Shown here: positions 1 through 12,500 of the stretch, one piece after another
Layout: every line of letters starts with the position of its first letter
How positions within the stretch are numbered: the stretch's first letter is position 1
Assembly: GCF_037042905.1 (NCBI RefSeq)
Contig: NC_087252.1
Span: 16,742,001 to 16,806,000, forward strand
DNA: 64,000 bases
Source: Lytechinus pictus
Taxonomy: Eukaryota
Reading direction: 5' to 3'
Made by a program: the position numbers and the translations under genes
The notes under the pieces: generated by a model
Databases searched by the model: none
What the model was told of the DNA's origin: nothing
Seen by the model: only the letters and a program-made list of their open reading frames with translations

Positions 1-168
1 ACATAATTATGATATGATATAACAATATAATGAACAATAATTTATCTTTCCCACTATGTTTCTCTACCTTTCTCCCTCTTTTTCTCCTTTCCCCCCTTTT
101 TTTTGGTCAGCTGATGGGGGGGGGGGGCACGTGCCCCACCCACCATGCCCCCCGTAGTAACGCCGCTG
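1..168 (+). mobile_element. Right end of a hAT-like MITE (paralog of 18594-19767)
   Basis: Ends ...gtagtaacgccgctg followed by tcacccct, as at 19767-19775. Confidence 0.75.
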
Positions 169-640
169 TCACCCCTATATTGAAGACTCTTCACTGGCTG
201 CACATGAAGGAACGCATAGTCTTTAAAATCCTTCTTATGATTTGTCATACAGTTTAATGGAACTTCCCCCTAGTTTCAATAAGTCTTTGATGCATAATTA
301 CCAACCCTCAAGAACCTTACGATCCTCATCATTATAATCTCTTACAAATTCCAGTTGCTAAGAAATCATGCGGGGAATGGGCCTTTGCTCATGCAGGGCC
401 TAACCTGTGGAATTCTCTTCCACAGAGTTTGAAAACCCAGACTTCAGTGACTACCTTCAAGGGCAACCTGAAAACATACCTGTATAAGAGTGCTTTTTGA
501 TAGACATTGACTTATTGTTCAGACATATATTATATGTAAATATATTTTGTCGTTCTGCTCTGAAGCACCTTAAGCATCTAATCAAGATGGAAAGTGCGCT
601 ATACAAATCTCATGTATTATTATTATTATTATTATTATTA
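169..640 (+). mobile_element. Degraded L2-clade LINE 3' end
   Basis: Broken translation TPILKTLHWL..ERIVFKILL, RTLRSS, AGPNLWNSLP, FKGNLKTYL. Ends gcgctatacaaat..(TAT)n, typical of L2 3' ends. Confidence 0.8.
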
Positions 641-1624
641 AAGTTAAAGATGGCAGAGGCAAACCGGAAAGATAAATGGGGTGTTGGTTTGTTAAAAGTC
701 AAGAAAAAAAATTTCACTCCTAAATAAAATGGGGTTTGTTCAGAAGGGGGGAAAAGATTACAACAAAAAATAGCACCAATTAGATAATAAACAAAGTTTT
801 CTCTTCTGTCCAAAATAACAGAGATTTGTGTCAAATCTCCACATTTTAGCATACCAACCCAATTTCCAGGTGGGTGTTGCTTATAGTGTATAAAATACCA
901 ACAGCATCTCCCGCTTCCAAGGGTTAAGATCATCAAGGCATTTATATATTTAATATCATATCGGACGCAGTGGTAACGATCTAGGGTCTTCATTTATTGA
1001 AAGTTTCTGAACCAGACCCTCGATCGATCCCAAACTGGTTTACCAGGCAAAACAAGATTATTATTGATTTTCATAAGTTACAAATTCAGCTTAGAACCTC
1101 GGAATGCGTGCTATATTGTTATTCAAATATTTAAAAAGATTAGTACAGACGCCATCCAAATAAGGACAAATTATCTAACCACAATCGTCCGTGACAATTT
1201 CAACGTTTACGCTTCCCCCTCTATCTTCTCTATGTTTCCCCTTGCCCCCAAACCCTCTCTGTCCTTCTACCTCTCTCGCGTATACTCCTCTTTTTTCGGT
1301 AAGCCTTGCAAAGCTTTAGATCAAAATAACCAACCATACAAAATGAAATGTTATTAAAAGATGAATGAGAATAATGCAGTTTCATTTTGCTTCTGATAAA
1401 TTAAGTGAAGAAATTTCTGTCCTTTATATTCTTAAAAAAAAAAACCCTCAAGGTACATGTACACCTCCATCGAATTCGTAAATAGCATTGTTAGGCCGAT
1501 GAAGACATGTTATGATGAAATGCCTTACCGTGACATGCACTTGTTTTCTAATCTATGTACCTGCGGGAGCCTTTTGACAATTTATTGCATTGGGGTTTAC
1601 GACTGGCAGTAATACCTCTATGTT

Positions 1625-1800
1625 TTTACTTCTGCCATTTTTACCTCTTCCATGAAAACCCCTGTCATTTCTACCTCTGCCATTATTCTCCCTGCCATGT
1701 TTACCTATGCCATTATCACCGCTTCCATTATTACCACTGCAACTTGTTTTACATTTGCCATTATTATCGCTGCCATTAATACCACTGCCATCATTACACC
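1625..1800. repeat. Degenerate ~15-bp tandem repeat (ctgccattattacc); paralogs at ~21070-21247 and ~56405-56500
   Basis: About 11 recurrences of (c/t)gccatt at ~15-nt spacing. Confidence 0.8.
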
Positions 1801-1959
1801 TAAGGTGCTGATAAATAAATGATTTCAGCAAATATTAATTGCCCACTTGACAGTCTAAAGGCTACGTTTTAAGCCTAGTTTTCAACAACGAACCTATGCC
1901 ATGTATGACTGCATTATTGTAGTCGAGTCGGAAATGGGGGTTCCAGTGCACCATCATAA

Positions 1960-4916
1960 TAGTCAAGGATAGAAGAGGCATAACCTTGTTTTTTCATATA
2001 TACAATATATTTTGATGGTTTCTTGTCTATTCGAGGGTGCTGATTACGAATCTAAATGATGCCACTTTTGTAACCTTGAGCATTTTCTGCAAATTGGCAA
2101 AATCCAATATGGCCGCCAAAATATGCAAATTACAAAAATCATAACATTGCCAGCAAATTGGCTATAACATGTATTTATTTGTGTTGCAGGAGTGAAATAC
2201 TCTCTGAAAAAAATATTTTTTTTATAAAATATTTGTTTTTTTGATATTCGAAATGGCCGCCACAGACCTCTGTATACCCTATTATGTACAATATGAATAG
2301 GGACAATTAATATTTCACAAAATGATCGATGAACTGCAAGTAATTGTGATCTATGGACGAAGTATTGCACTGTTTGTCTGATTTTCCTTCCCGTTTCCTT
2401 TTGAGGCCTTTATCAATTTCAAGCTCTAAGCTTAAGATACAGGTGTCCCACATTTTAAAATGCATTATGTTGATATACAAATGTATGTATATATAGAAAA
2501 AATCTGCTAATTCTTTTTAACAATAAAAAAAAATTATCAGGTATAAATATATTTTAATTAGATTGTATATATGCATATGTTATTAATTATATCATTTGCT
2601 TATTATGTTATGCTAAGACAAAAATGTTTACACTTGTATATGCTTTTGTTATTGGAATGTGGAAATAAATAAATCAAATCAAATCAAGTAATATACGATA
2701 ATCATCAATGCTAACATGATATATCCTTTATTATGTCATGTATGGGAAAATTGTTGTATTTAATATTCAAAATAGCTGCCACTGGCCCAAATAGTATTTT
2801 TTCTATGGCAAAGGGGTCAACTAAAATGCATATTATTAAGAGAAACGAGTGGAATACTGACTAAAAACACAATTGCTAATGAGATACACTGTATATTATT
2901 TAATATGCAATGTATGTGATAACTGCTGTATTTTGATATTCAAAATGGCCGCCGAAGGCCGTAGCAGTATTATGTACAATGGAAAAGCGGACCAACGAAA
3001 TCACAAGAGTGAGCACTGAAATGCATTTATTTGTGATGAATAAATGGGATACTGTCTAAAAAACACAATTTTTTAACGAAATATATCATTCAGGTTTAAA
3101 GTTTGTGTTTAATACTGTATTTTGACTTTCAAAATGGCCGCCATAGACATTGATTGTTATGTACGATGCGAACTAGGAAATAATTTTTTACACGAGTGAG
3201 CACCATAAATGCACGTAATTCTGATTTATGAGTAAAATATTGTCTGAAAGCATAATTTCTAATAAGATATCAGTTCTTATGCCAGGTAGGTAATAAATAC
3301 TGTATTTTGAAAGTCAAAATGGCCGCTACAGGCCCCAACAGTATCATGTACAATGTGAAAGGGGACAATTTATTTTAACAGATTTTGGCTTTGCTTGACT
3401 AAATGGTGTTGTATGAGGAAAATATTGTCTGAAAACATGATTACTAACGAAATATATCATATCATCTAAAAATTTAGGTGATAAATTCTAAATGGCCGCC
3501 ATATGCCGTTTTGTGAAATTTATCTGTCCTCATTCAAATTGTACAGTAATGGCCAATGGCGGCCATTTTCCATGTCAGAATGCAGCATATATCATCTTAA
3601 ATGCACCAGATATGACATACTTCGTTAGGAACCATGGTTTTAGACAATATTTCACTCTTACATCACAATTATATGCAATACTTATAGTCAAGCAAAGCCA
3701 AATTCTGTCAAAATGTTATGTCCCAAATTACAATGTACATAATACTTTTAGGACCTATGGCAGCCATTTTGAATGTCAAAGTACATCATTTATTACCTCC
3801 ATTACCAATGTGTGACGTATTTATTTAGAAATCATGTTTAAGACAATATTTTTACTCATGCATCACAGTTACTTGCATTTTATGATTTTCACTCTTGTAA
3901 AAAGTAGATTCCCTATACGTATGTAACATAATTTAGTTAGGGCTTGTATCAGCTATTTTGAATATCAAAATACAGTATTTATCCCTTACATGGCAGAAGA
4001 AATGCTTTCTTTCATAAAAATCATGTTTTCAAATATTGTTTTATCATACAACAGGACTTTATGGATTTCATAGTCAAGTAAATCCAAATTCTTACAAAAT
4101 TACATGTCCACATTTACATTGTAGATAATACTGTTAGGGCCTAAATGGGCCATTTTGAATTTCACAATTATACAGCATTTATCTCATGCATGACAAAAGA
4201 AATGATATGTTTCGCTAGAATACATGTTTTCAGACATTATTTTACTCGGTGATCACAATTACATGCATTTTATAGTTAAAAATTATGCTTTTAGCCAGTA
4301 TTCCACACGCTTATCTTAATACTGGTAATATGCATTTTTAGTACTCACTCTTGTAATTTTCTTGTGTCCCCATGAAAATTGTACATAATATGGTCAGGGC
4401 ATTGTGGTGGGTTTTTTAATATTGAAATGCTTTATTTATTACATACATGTTATAACAAATGATACATTTCGTTAGCAATCATGTTTTCGATCAATTATTT
4501 CACTAAAAATCACAATTACTTGCAGTTAGTGCTCACTTTTGTGAAATTTTGTTTTCCCCGTTCATATTGTACAAAATATCGAATACATGGGTCTTTGGCG
4601 GCCATTTTGAATATCTAGAAAATATTTTTTTTTGTCAAAAGTCGTTTTTTTTTCAGAGAGTATTTCACTCCTGCAACACAAATGCATACATTTTATAACC
4701 AATGTGCGGGTAATTTTATGGTTTTCATGGGTAATTTGCATATTTTGGCGGCCATATTGGATTTTGCCAATTTACGGAAAATGCTCAAAGTTACACGAGT
4801 GGCATCATACAGATTCGTAATCACCACCCTCGATTTGACAAGAAACCATCAACAAATATTGTATATAATGAAAAAACAAGGTTTGGTCAGTTTTCTATGG
4901 GGCCTATCCAGGACTA
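1960..4916. mobile_element. Academ-like non-autonomous DNA transposon (TAG...CTA ends, 3-bp TAA TSD, long TIRs)
   Basis: Left end tagtcaaggatag, right end ctatccaggacta. TAA at 1957-1959 and 4917-4919. Arms are reverse-complementary for >300 bp. ~180-bp subrepeats with aaaatggccgcc flip orientation near 3550. Superfamily inferred from ends and TSD only. Confidence 0.8.
2370..2687 (+). mobile_element. 5'-truncated retroposon 3' end nested in the Academ-like element
   Basis: Breaks the arm symmetry and ends aaataaataaatcaaatcaaatcaa (AATAAA plus an (AAATC)n tail). Confidence 0.5.
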
Positions 4917-5250
4917 TAATCTATTCAATTCAATTCAATTCAATTCAATCTTTATTTCGCAAAATAAGATAAAAATACAAAGAAACATCAAATAATGTGA
5001 TTAGATAATAAAATAAATTGCGTGGCTTTCCATGAAGGTTATAAGAAACCTGTAAGGCTGGATCGCCAAAACATAGTAAATCGACAACAATATTGAATAA
5101 AAAAAAACAGAATGTCATATCATTATAGTAAATACAATGTAGGAAAAAGGAGGAAAAAAAAACAACAACAAAGAATACAAAAAGACACGAATCGAAGGAG
5201 GGGGGGGGGTAGATATGGTACAAGTAATGCATTGATATCAACTGCGAAAA

Positions 5251-8200
5251 TTAATAATCATTTACTAGAAAATTTTTGTACTGTTTTCTAAAGGATGATA
5301 TAAATTGTGAATTAGTTATTATTTGGGGAATCTCGTTCCATTGTTTGGGACCTACATAACTCAATGATTTAGCTTCGTGACTAGACTTGATAGACCATAA
5401 ATGAAATTTATTGGAAGAACGGGTATTATGATTATGAACTTGATTATTGTATTGAAAAAGATCTGAAAAAGGAGTGGGTAACAACCTCTTCTTGTACTTA
5501 TACATAAATATTGCGAGTTCTTGCCTATTAATATCGTATATATTAAGTAAAGACAATTTCTTAAATAAAGGTGCGGATGGTGCTAGGTAATGGGAATTGG
5601 TAATTATTCTTAAACATTTCTTTTGAATTTTGAATATTGAGTCCAATTCATATGAGGTAACATTGGTAGCCCAGACAATATTACAATATTTTAAATAAGG
5701 GAAAATTATGGAATGGTATAGAGTTATCAGATTTTTATGAAGTAAACTATGCTTAAGTTTGTAAATTAAACCAGTATTCCTACTTATCTTATGTAATACA
5801 TTTATCATATGGTACTTAAAACTCAAAAGATTATCCAATATGACACCTAAAAAGTTAATGGAATTACTTAATTCGATACGTTTATTGTCGATATAAATGT
5901 GAATATGAGCGTTGTCAATTGGATTATAATTATTAGATTTGTCAGTATGGGTTCGTGTTAAAGATTTATTTTTATTAAAATAGATGCATCTAGTTTTATT
6001 GGTATTCAGGGACAACTTATTTGCTTTCAACCAGTCGGAAACATTTTGGAGTTCATTGTTCAGGATGTGGATGGTATTATTTAAATCTTTAGAAGAATAA
6101 AAAATACTTGTGTCATCAGCAAATTGATAAAAGGTTAACAAATTAGATGATTTACAAAGGTCGTTTATATATAAAAGAAATAACAAGGGGCCTAAAATTG
6201 ATCCTTGCGGTACCCCAACGGAAACATTTAATGAAGAAGATAAGACACCGTGGACAAATGTATGTTGAACCCTATTTAAAAGATAATCCCTAAACCAGTC
6301 TAACGCGATCCCTCGAACTCCATATTGATTAAGTTTAAATAAAAGTAATGAATGGTCCATAGAATCGAAAGCTTTAGATAGATCTAAAAAGACCCCAATT
6401 ATATGTTCGTCAGCAATAAATGAATCCATTATTTTTTGTTTAACTTTTAAAATAACATGCTCACAGGAATAAGTGGGTCGAAATCCGTATTGAGAATCAC
6501 TTAAGATATCATTACTGTTTAAAAACTTATGTAATCGATTATATACTAGTCGTTCAAGCAATTTGGAGAAACATGGTAAGAGGGATATTGGTCTATAATT
6601 TACAAATTTATCGGGGTCATCTTTCTTAAAAACGGGAATTACTTTAGATTCTTTGAGTTTTGAAGGTACTTTCCCAGTTGCAAAAGACAGATTAAATACG
6701 TGAGCTAAAGGCAAGGCAATGGCATAAATGACACGCTTAACAACTTTACAATTTACGTTATCAATTCCACAACTTGCACTACTTTTAAGGCATTTACAAA
6801 TATTAATCAATTCATTTATATGTACAGGTGATAAAAAGAAGGAACCAACCACATTTGTTTGACAATAAAAGTGAGAAGAATGAATAGATTGTGGGACCAT
6901 ATCACTAATATTTTTTCCAATATTTACAAAATACTCATTGAATGCATCAGATATTTCAGATGGTTGAGAATATATTTTTTGATTACATTTAAACACTTTG
7001 GGGATTAGATTTTTCTTCTTACCTAATAACTCATTAATAGTTTTCCATGTCTTTTTTATACTATTCTGATTCATATATAATATTTTTTTGTAGTATTCTT
7101 GACGAGATATACGAATGATATTAATAAGTTTATTTCTAATTTTTTTTAATTTTCTCTCGTTACTGGCAAGTCTAGTTTGGCAAAATATTTTGAAACATTT
7201 ATTCTTTTTTTTTATTAATCTTAAAATTTTGTTGGTAACCCACGGTTTTCTATTTCTTCTTCTCCTTTTTTGTTGTTGACGAGGAAAATGTTTATCATAA
7301 AGTTTGATGAACATTTTCATGAATAAATTATAGGATTTGTCAGCATCGATACATGCTAGTACTTCACTCCAGTCAACATTATACAGTTCAACAAACAAAC
7401 TATTGATCGTTGATTCATTGATTTTCCTTGAAGTGTAATATTGGGCTGAATCATTCTTAAGTATTCCTTTCTTGTAACAAAAAATTGGCATGTGATCAGT
7501 TATTGGAGAATAAAGCACACCCGAGATAATATCACTTTCATTTGTTAATATATTGTCTATAATAGATTGAGATGTATTAGTTACACTAGTTGGCAAGTTA
7601 ATTTTGATATAAAAGCCATATTGTGCAATTATATTCATTAAGTTGATAGTACTATTTGAAGTCATATTCAATAAATTGATATTATAATCTCCAAGTAGAT
7701 ATATTTGTTTGTTTTCTTTTGAAAGTTTTTGCAATAAATCGGAAAAATATTCAGCGTATTGACGAAGATTAGATTTCGGGGGCCTATAGATTATTCCAAC
7801 TATAATACTTTTAACATTAGGTATATTGATTTCAATGAAAATAGATTCACACGAAGAACATGTCGGATTTAGATCATTGCGTAATTGATAGAGTAGTCGT
7901 TCATCTAAATATACTCCAACGCCTCCTCCTCTACCGTCTTTTCTATTATTATTGATAAAGTTATAACCATCCAATATGAACCGATTTTCTTTTTCTGAGT
8001 TTAACCAAGTCTCAGTTATACCTATAACAGTAAAATTGAAAGAAAGGCTGCTCAGGTACGCAGAAATTTGATCGAAATTTTTTACCATGCTCCTCGAATT
8101 AAAGTGGATAGCACTGAACTGTACCAAATTAGGGTCAATAGATTCTTTGAAGTCATCGTCGGAATAGTATTTGCAATCATTTACATATTGTTGATCAAAT

Positions 8201-8364
8201 TCAAAATCGAGAATAGGAGCAGAATCATTTAGTCTTATATCTTCACTCATATTATTTAAATCATCATATGTTATAAGTTGATTGTTAGTTTGATTTACAC
8301 AGTTAAGAAAATCATCATTATTGATAGAGTAGAATGGGAAAACAGAACACAAATTAACAGGCAT
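5251..8364 (-). CDS. LINE ORF2: APE endonuclease + reverse transcriptase (~1037 aa from first ATG)
   Basis: APE motifs HFNSRS, ITETWL, GGGV, IYRPP, LGDYN, IDNI, TDH. RT motifs NYRPISLL, QYGFR, FLDLSKAFD, GVPQGSILGPLLFLLYINDL, FADD, FLGV. Frame is uninterrupted. Confidence 0.97.
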   Translation of the reverse strand: MPVNLCSVFPFYSINNDDFLNCVNQTNNQLITYDDLNNMSEDIRLNDSAPILDFEFDQQYVNDCKYYSDDDFKESIDPNLVQFSAIHFNSRSMVKNFDQISAYLSSLSFNFTVIGITETWLNSEKENRFILDGYNFINNNRKDGRGGGVGVYLDERLLYQLRNDLNPTCSSCESIFIEINIPNVKSIIVGIIYRPPKSNLRQYAEYFSDLLQKLSKENKQIYLLGDYNINLLNMTSNSTINLMNIIAQYGFYIKINLPTSVTNTSQSIIDNILTNESDIISGVLYSPITDHMPIFCYKKGILKNDSAQYYTSRKINESTINSLFVELYNVDWSEVLACIDADKSYNLFMKMFIKLYDKHFPRQQQKRRRRNRKPWVTNKILRLIKKKNKCFKIFCQTRLASNERKLKKIRNKLINIIRISRQEYYKKILYMNQNSIKKTWKTINELLGKKKNLIPKVFKCNQKIYSQPSEISDAFNEYFVNIGKNISDMVPQSIHSSHFYCQTNVVGSFFLSPVHINELINICKCLKSSASCGIDNVNCKVVKRVIYAIALPLAHVFNLSFATGKVPSKLKESKVIPVFKKDDPDKFVNYRPISLLPCFSKLLERLVYNRLHKFLNSNDILSDSQYGFRPTYSCEHVILKVKQKIMDSFIADEHIIGVFLDLSKAFDSMDHSLLLFKLNQYGVRGIALDWFRDYLLNRVQHTFVHGVLSSSLNVSVGVPQGSILGPLLFLLYINDLCKSSNLLTFYQFADDTSIFYSSKDLNNTIHILNNELQNVSDWLKANKLSLNTNKTRCIYFNKNKSLTRTHTDKSNNYNPIDNAHIHIYIDNKRIELSNSINFLGVILDNLLSFKYHMINVLHKISRNTGLIYKLKHSLLHKNLITLYHSIIFPYLKYCNIVWATNVTSYELDSIFKIQKKCLRIITNSHYLAPSAPLFKKLSLLNIYDINRQELAIFMYKYKKRLLPTPFSDLFQYNNQVHNHNTRSSNKFHLWSIKSSHEAKSLSYVGPKQWNEIPQIITNSQFISSFRKQYKNFLVNDY

Positions 8365-8684
8365 GTAATTTTTCAACAACAACAAAATAAGTATTAGAAT
8401 AAACGAAAAAAAAAAAAAACAACTAACAAACAGTAAATCAAAATCACATTAAAATGGTCTTTGCAAATAGACCAATACTAAAACTGAATAAAATGTAGTT
8501 TGAAAATTGGGGGGGAGAACGAAACCAAAAATATAACAAAGAATGCATGAAATGCATCAGTGGAAAAAAAAATGAATATACAGTTATGTGTTCATGACTT
8601 TTTTTTCATTGTTCTCATTCATTTCATTGTCTCTGTCCAGTGATGTTATGTCGGTGTTATGTTCTTGTCATAATCATTCTTTCA

Positions 8685-9506
8685 TCATAATTTCTTCAAT
8701 TCTTCTTTGCTATGAATCACACGTTTGATGGTATTTCCTCTGGTTGCCGGTAGTAAGACAATTACGCGTCCATCTGAAGTCCATGCTTCTTTCACCTTCT
8801 GATGCTGTTTAGCTGTATAGAGTAGATCCTGGTTGGTCTTCGTCAATGCTTCATCAATCCCGATACCACTTCCCTTCAGCTTCCTGCGCATCTTTAGGAT
8901 TTCAGCTCTCTTGCGATAAGTGGTGAGCTTCACTATTATCGCTCTTGGTCTCGATTTCCTATTTGGTGCTCGCGCTGTGCCGGATGTGGATTCGGTTGCT
9001 TCGTCACGGTTGGGAGCAGCGATCCGGTGTGACCGGTCAATGTCATTCGGGGTCAGGGATACCCCGAGACGCTCAGTCACAAGCTTGCATATGACGTCAT
9101 CGGTGTTTTCACTCGTACGGGCATTCCCTTCACGGTTCATCTCCTCAACACCGTAGAACTTTATACAATTTCGACGAGAGTATTGGTCAGCATCGTTTAA
9201 GGTCATTTTTAAGTTGTCTATAGATGATTGTTGATTACGCAATTGATCATTTAATCTGGTAATTTCACCTTCCTTTGATTGCAAGATTGCCTCAAGCTCC
9301 AGTAGTTTGACGTCATTGTGGTCAAGTCTCTCCATGATGTTTTCGTGAACTTTTTCAATCTTTGACAATCGTTTATTAAGTTTACCCAATTGTTTGCCTA
9401 TCGCTTTATCGACCGCCTTCTCAATGCCTTCGTAGTAATCGTCGCTTTGGAGATATTCTTGAATAGTTTTCATGGCGGCTTCTTCAGCCTTGGATTTGGC
9501 AGGCAT
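8685..9506 (-). CDS. LINE ORF1 (coiled coil + RRM/CTD, L1-ORF1-like)
   Basis: Heptad-rich region followed by DQYSRRNCIKFYGV, DIDRSHRI, PRAIIVK, IDEALT. Lies upstream of ORF2 on the same strand. Confidence 0.92.
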   Translation of the reverse strand: MPAKSKAEEAAMKTIQEYLQSDDYYEGIEKAVDKAIGKQLGKLNKRLSKIEKVHENIMERLDHNDVKLLELEAILQSKEGEITRLNDQLRNQQSSIDNLKMTLNDADQYSRRNCIKFYGVEEMNREGNARTSENTDDVICKLVTERLGVSLTPNDIDRSHRIAAPNRDEATESTSGTARAPNRKSRPRAIIVKLTTYRKRAEILKMRRKLKGSGIGIDEALTKTNQDLLYTAKQHQKVKEAWTSDGRVIVLLPATRGNTIKRVIHSKEELKKL

Positions 9507-12500
9507 AATGCTAAGCTCAGTTATAACCCATAGGGGAGATGTAATAACTCAGCAACAAAATATCAATTAAAAGATCCAATAGTAGAAAATGAAACGTTTA
9601 GGCAACCAGAGTTTACTATGGCTGATGTTACCATTCCGACTTCTTCATATTGTGCATTTTCCACCAATACATTTCCACAGATAGAAAGAGAGTAGTTTCA
9701 AAACATATTCGATGACAGATGTTAACTCTATAAACTAAAGGCAACGGGGTAAATATATGCCTATTTATAGAATGGTATCAAAAAATCAGCTAACTCATGT
9801 ACAGTGTTTTTCTTGTAGCAATTAAAAGTATGTGGCGTGCATATAAAGATATTGAGGCACATAGGTTGATGAAGAATATAGTCACGTATATAGTCACCTT
9901 AGCACTCCAACGAATAAGACACATGGGACTATAGCCATTCACTGTACTCTATAACACGGACGTATCACACCAGGTACTCTCACCTTCATAAAGTTCAGAA
10001 ATCCTCTTTCAAACTTCAAAAATCACATTTCACAATTCCAATTCACTGTTCCACGATAAACAAAGTAACACAACAGAGAAACAAAGTCCTTTGCATTATG
10101 AAATAAGAGTTATATCAGTCATTTTCGCACTCTCAGATCAGATCAGATCACCGCAGATCACCGCAGTAAATCTCCTAAATCTCCTAATCTGATAATTTAT
10201 TTTTAATCAACGTTTTTGTATTGCCTGAAGTGTCTAAAATCGTGATGTTCCCTTTGCCAAATCGTGTCCCACGGGGTTCAAAATTGACAATTTTGGCGGC
10301 CCTATTGGGTGTTTGATGAAAATAAATTATTTTCATCTTTTTTGCTAACAGTCTGACAATGGGACAATTTTAAATGAATACGCATTTTACTATAATTTGG
10401 ATAGTACAAATCGGGTGAAATCGTTTTCTGGATAGTCCAGTTAATACATCTTGAAAAATATAAAAAAATTATTCAAAAGTTTTGGTCCGTAATCTTCATG
10501 TGCATTGACATCTGATTTTATCTTGCATCGCCTTTGTTGATGTGCCTTACACGCAGAAATGCATGTCACGTGCGTAGCGATAGAAAGGTATATATTACCT
10601 GTATGAGGATAAAAGGCGTTTTCTACACAAAGCAACTTTTATAATAACGAAACCTCTCAAGAAGAGAGAGGATCGAGGCATTGCTCTGCATTTTGCATGC
10701 AATTACGTTTGGGCACCTTAAAACATAGTCCCACAAGAGCATGTAGAAGGTACCCCACCCTTATCTGTGGCTTGACTATTAAGATATCGTCCTTTTTGGA
10801 GCCCCCAATGTGGCAAAATTGTGTTTTGTGTATGTATTTTTCCCTTTAAATCACTTAGAGACAAAAGAGTTGGCCTTTTCTATCAGCTACATAATTATAA
10901 AGAAGTTAGGGCATAACAAAGCCTACCCCCTCAGGTTGCTGCCAAAGTCACCCCATCCCTTTTTGGTATTTTCTCGGAAAATTTGCCATTTTGGAGAACC
11001 ATTGAGGCAAAATGTGCTTCCGCTTTGCAGTAAAGCCACTTTTATTGTTTTGAAACTTCATGGAGATTAAAAAGAAGGATCTTCTCTATCAGCTACGTAA
11101 TGTGCCGGCACATTGAAGCCTCGCCCCTTCAGGTGCTGCCGAAGTCTCCCCACGTTTTTTGCCTATTTTCCCTGTTTATTGAAAAATGTGCAGTGTTTTA
11201 GCCCCCATTCAGGCAAAAGGGCATTTCTGCTATATTGTATTAAAGGCCACTTTTATTTTTGGAAACCACTTGGATATGAGAGAATAGGCTTTTTCCTATC
11301 AGCCACATGTAAAAAAGTGCTGGCACATCAACTTCTACCCGCTTCAGAGGCTCCAAAATTGGCAGATTTTCCCATATATTGGAAAAATACGGAAAAGGGG
11401 TGGGTGACTTTGGCAACCCCTTGAGGGGGGTATGCCTTAATATGCCAGCACGTCGTTATATGTAGCAGATAGAGGGAACTCTACTCTTATGTCTCCATGT
11501 AGTTTCAAAATATAAAAAGTGGCTTTACTACATAGCCGAAACATTTTTTCCTCAATGGGGGCTCCAAAATGGCATACTTTCCCATAGATAGGTAAAATAC
11601 ATAAAAGGGTTGGGTAACTTCGGCAGTCCCCAGAGGAGTAGGTTTTGTTGTCTCAGCACTTCTTTATATGTAGCAGATAGAGCAAAGTCTACTCTTTTAT
11701 CTCCAAGTGGTTGAAGAACAAAAGTGACTTGACTGCAAAGCAAAAAAGCCTTTTCCCCCAATAAGGGTCCAAAATGGCGAATTTCCAAGAAATTGGCAAA
11801 ATACGAAAAAGGGATGGGGGACTTCGGCGGCCCCGTAAAGGAGGGGGGGGGGTGGTAGGCTTTGCTTTGCCCTCCCTTCTTTATAATGTAGCTGATATAG
11901 AAAGGCCCACTGTTTTGTCTCCAAGTGATTTCAATATATAGCCGAAACACCATCTTGCCACATTGGGGGCTCCAAAAAGCACGATATTTTATAGTCAAGC
12001 TACTAAAAAGGAAAGGATACTTTCCACAGGCTCTTGCGGGTTTGACTAAGGCACAGAGGTTGCTCTTTGGTGTCATTTTTACGCAATATCAAGTAATACA
12101 TGGTATATTGCCCTTTAAGCAAACTAAGACATTCATACTGTCATGAAGCGTTTCAATGTTTTTTTGTAATATATCCTCTTTTGTGTCGAATGCTGATATT
12201 TTGCAATAGTTGTTGATTTTAATGATTGAACAAATATATATCAATGTACATACTAATTCTGGACCAAAAGCACGACCATTTCGGGATAAATTTTCATTCA
12301 TTTCAAAATTTATTAACCAGACTGTCCAGAAAACGATTTCAACCTATTTGTACTATATAAATCATAGTAAAATGCCTATTCATTTAAAATGGTCACACTC
12401 TGTGCAAAAAAATATAAAAACAATTGATTTTCATTAAAAAAAATCAAAGAGGACGGCCAAAGATATAAAATTTTGAACCCCGTTGGACACGATTATGCAA

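Larger units (their letters stand above)
4923..10184 (-). mobile_element. Apparently full-length CR1-group (Crack/Daphne/Kiri-like) non-LTR retrotransposon
   Basis: 6-bp TSD TAATCT (4917-4922, 10185-10190), with the empty site at 24170-24175. On the minus strand AATAAA is followed by an (ATTGA)n tail. ORF1 and ORF2 are both open. Confidence 0.95.

Noticed and set aside
1553..1831. Gly/Asn-rich ORFs (also 21000-21278 and 56299-56796)
   Set aside because: They are translations of 15-bp and 4-bp tandem repeats.
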